DNA of 64,000 nucleotides from Spirochaetia bacterium (GTDB taxonomy: Bacteria > Spirochaetota > Spirochaetia > UBA9216): positions 1,472,001-1,536,000 of the forward strand of contig CAXXYH010000004.1 in assembly GCA_963677925.2 (NCBI GenBank). The letters are read 5' to 3'. A program made the translations under genes and the position numbers. A model generated the notes under the pieces. The model was not told the origin of the DNA. It searched no databases and saw only the letters and a list, made by a program, of their open reading frames with translations. Positions 63,179 to 64,000 of this stretch are shown in pieces. Every line of letters starts with the position of its first letter. The stretch's first letter is position 1.

Positions 63179-64000
63179 ATGAAGACTAGTAAAGTTCTTG
63201 CTCTTGTACTTGCTGTACTGACAGTGTTCGCACTGCTGGGTTTCAGCGGCTGTGCAAAAGAAGAGGCAGCAGCCGCACCTGCAGCTGCTGATACAGAAGA
63301 GGTTAGTTCACCTTTTATCGGCGACCCCAGCGAAACATATTATATGTGTGTTATGGTGTCAGGTGTAGAATACTGGTTCCCTGTTTATGAAATGATGAAG
63401 CAGGCCGGACAGCAGCTTGGTGTTGATACTGTTTATACAGGAACTCCTGAATACGACGTTAACAAGCAGCTTGCTGTATTTGAGCAGATTCTTGCTAAAA
63501 AACCTGCCGGTATCCTTCTTCACCCGATGAATCCGGATGCATTCATTGAACCAATCAACAGAGCCGCAGAAATGGGAATTCCTGTTGTTACATTTGCTGC
63601 TGACTCACCCAATTCAAAGCGTGTTTCCTACATTACTTCAGATAACACAAGAGAAGGTAGTTTTGCTGCCGACACAATCGCTAAGGATATGGGAGAAAAA
63701 GGTGAAGTTGCCGTTCTTGAAAATCCGGGACAGGATAACCACGACAAGCGTGTTAAGGCATTTATCGAAAGAATTGAAACTGCATATCCAAACATGAAAG
63801 TTGTTGCCAGAGCTGCTACAAACCAGGATCCCAACAAGGCATACCAGGCTCTTATGACAATGGCACAGGCTCATCCTAACCTCGGCGGTGTTTTCATGCC
63901 GGAAGCCAGCTCGGGAATGGGTGCTGCACAGGCTGCCAAAGAACTCGGAACAGGCATCAGGGTAATGTGTGTTGACGTTAATGCAAAGGTTCTTGATATG
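63179..64000 (+). CDS. Sugar ABC transporter substrate-binding lipoprotein (RbsB-like), runs off the right edge
   Basis: Not in the ORF track. Manual translation: MKTSKVLALVLAVLTVFALLGFSG|CAKEE...VEYWFPVY...KKPAGILLHP...GIPVVTFAADSPNSKRVSYITSDN. SD AAGGAG. Confidence 0.93.
   Translation, partial: MKTSKVLALVLAVLTVFALLGFSGCAKEEAAAAPAAADTEEVSSPFIGDPSETYYMCVMVSGVEYWFPVYEMMKQAGQQLGVDTVYTGTPEYDVNKQLAVFEQILAKKPAGILLHPMNPDAFIEPINRAAEMGIPVVTFAADSPNSKRVSYITSDNTREGSFAADTIAKDMGEKGEVAVLENPGQDNHDKRVKAFIERIETAYPNMKVVARAATNQDPNKAYQALMTMAQAHPNLGGVFMPEASSGMGAAQAAKELGTGIRVMCVDVNAKVLDM

Noticed and set aside
1-64000. CRISPR arrays, tRNA/rRNA, IS elements, prophage or defence genes
   Set aside because: No regularly spaced repeats, RNA-gene signatures, transposase, integrase or nuclease motifs seen by eye. 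Intergenic gaps are short. A covariance-model scan was not possible.

Overview
64 kb of bacterial chromosome, most likely an anaerobic free-living spirochaete (Spirochaetales). This is inferred from spirochaete-style signal peptides (FSAGNSE, FALGQTE), the M16C peptidase, the DUF4032-like protein and the Gx/NusG-II genes. About 59 CDS can be supported, two of them cut by the window edges and missing from the ORF track. I found no rRNA, tRNA, CRISPR array, integrase or transposase. Left part: GT4 (partial), an OmpA-like protein, Rrf2, a methyltransferase, efp-epmA, NfeD plus two flotillins, tex, nucleoside hydrolase, M16C peptidase, a peptidase/propeller/beta-barrel outer-membrane protein, a CusRS-like two-component system, a DUF1638-hydantoinase fusion, MFS, degP, a PLP decarboxylase and a glutaredoxin-FTR pair. 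Middle: scattered parts of a flavinylation/quinone module (NusG-II/EetA, Gx/EetB fused to a partial EcfT, a split NitT/TauT ABC importer, ubiX, ubiA, ubiD, apbE), interleaved with accessory genes including a sigma54-preceded Amt-GGDEF fusion. Right: a non-canonical OYE/SDR/LysR cluster, an MbfA-like protein and a pentulose catabolic operon. Top candidate for a new system: a soluble histidine kinase whose input domain is a sugar-ABC ATPase domain (NBD-PAS-HisKA-HATPase). It is coupled to a sigma54 activator and lies divergent from a sigma54-promoted sugar-binding lipoprotein. Across the window, many genes have a -10 hexamer exactly 6 nt before the start codon, suggesting widespread leaderless transcription. 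All family calls come from reading motifs by eye, not from database searches.
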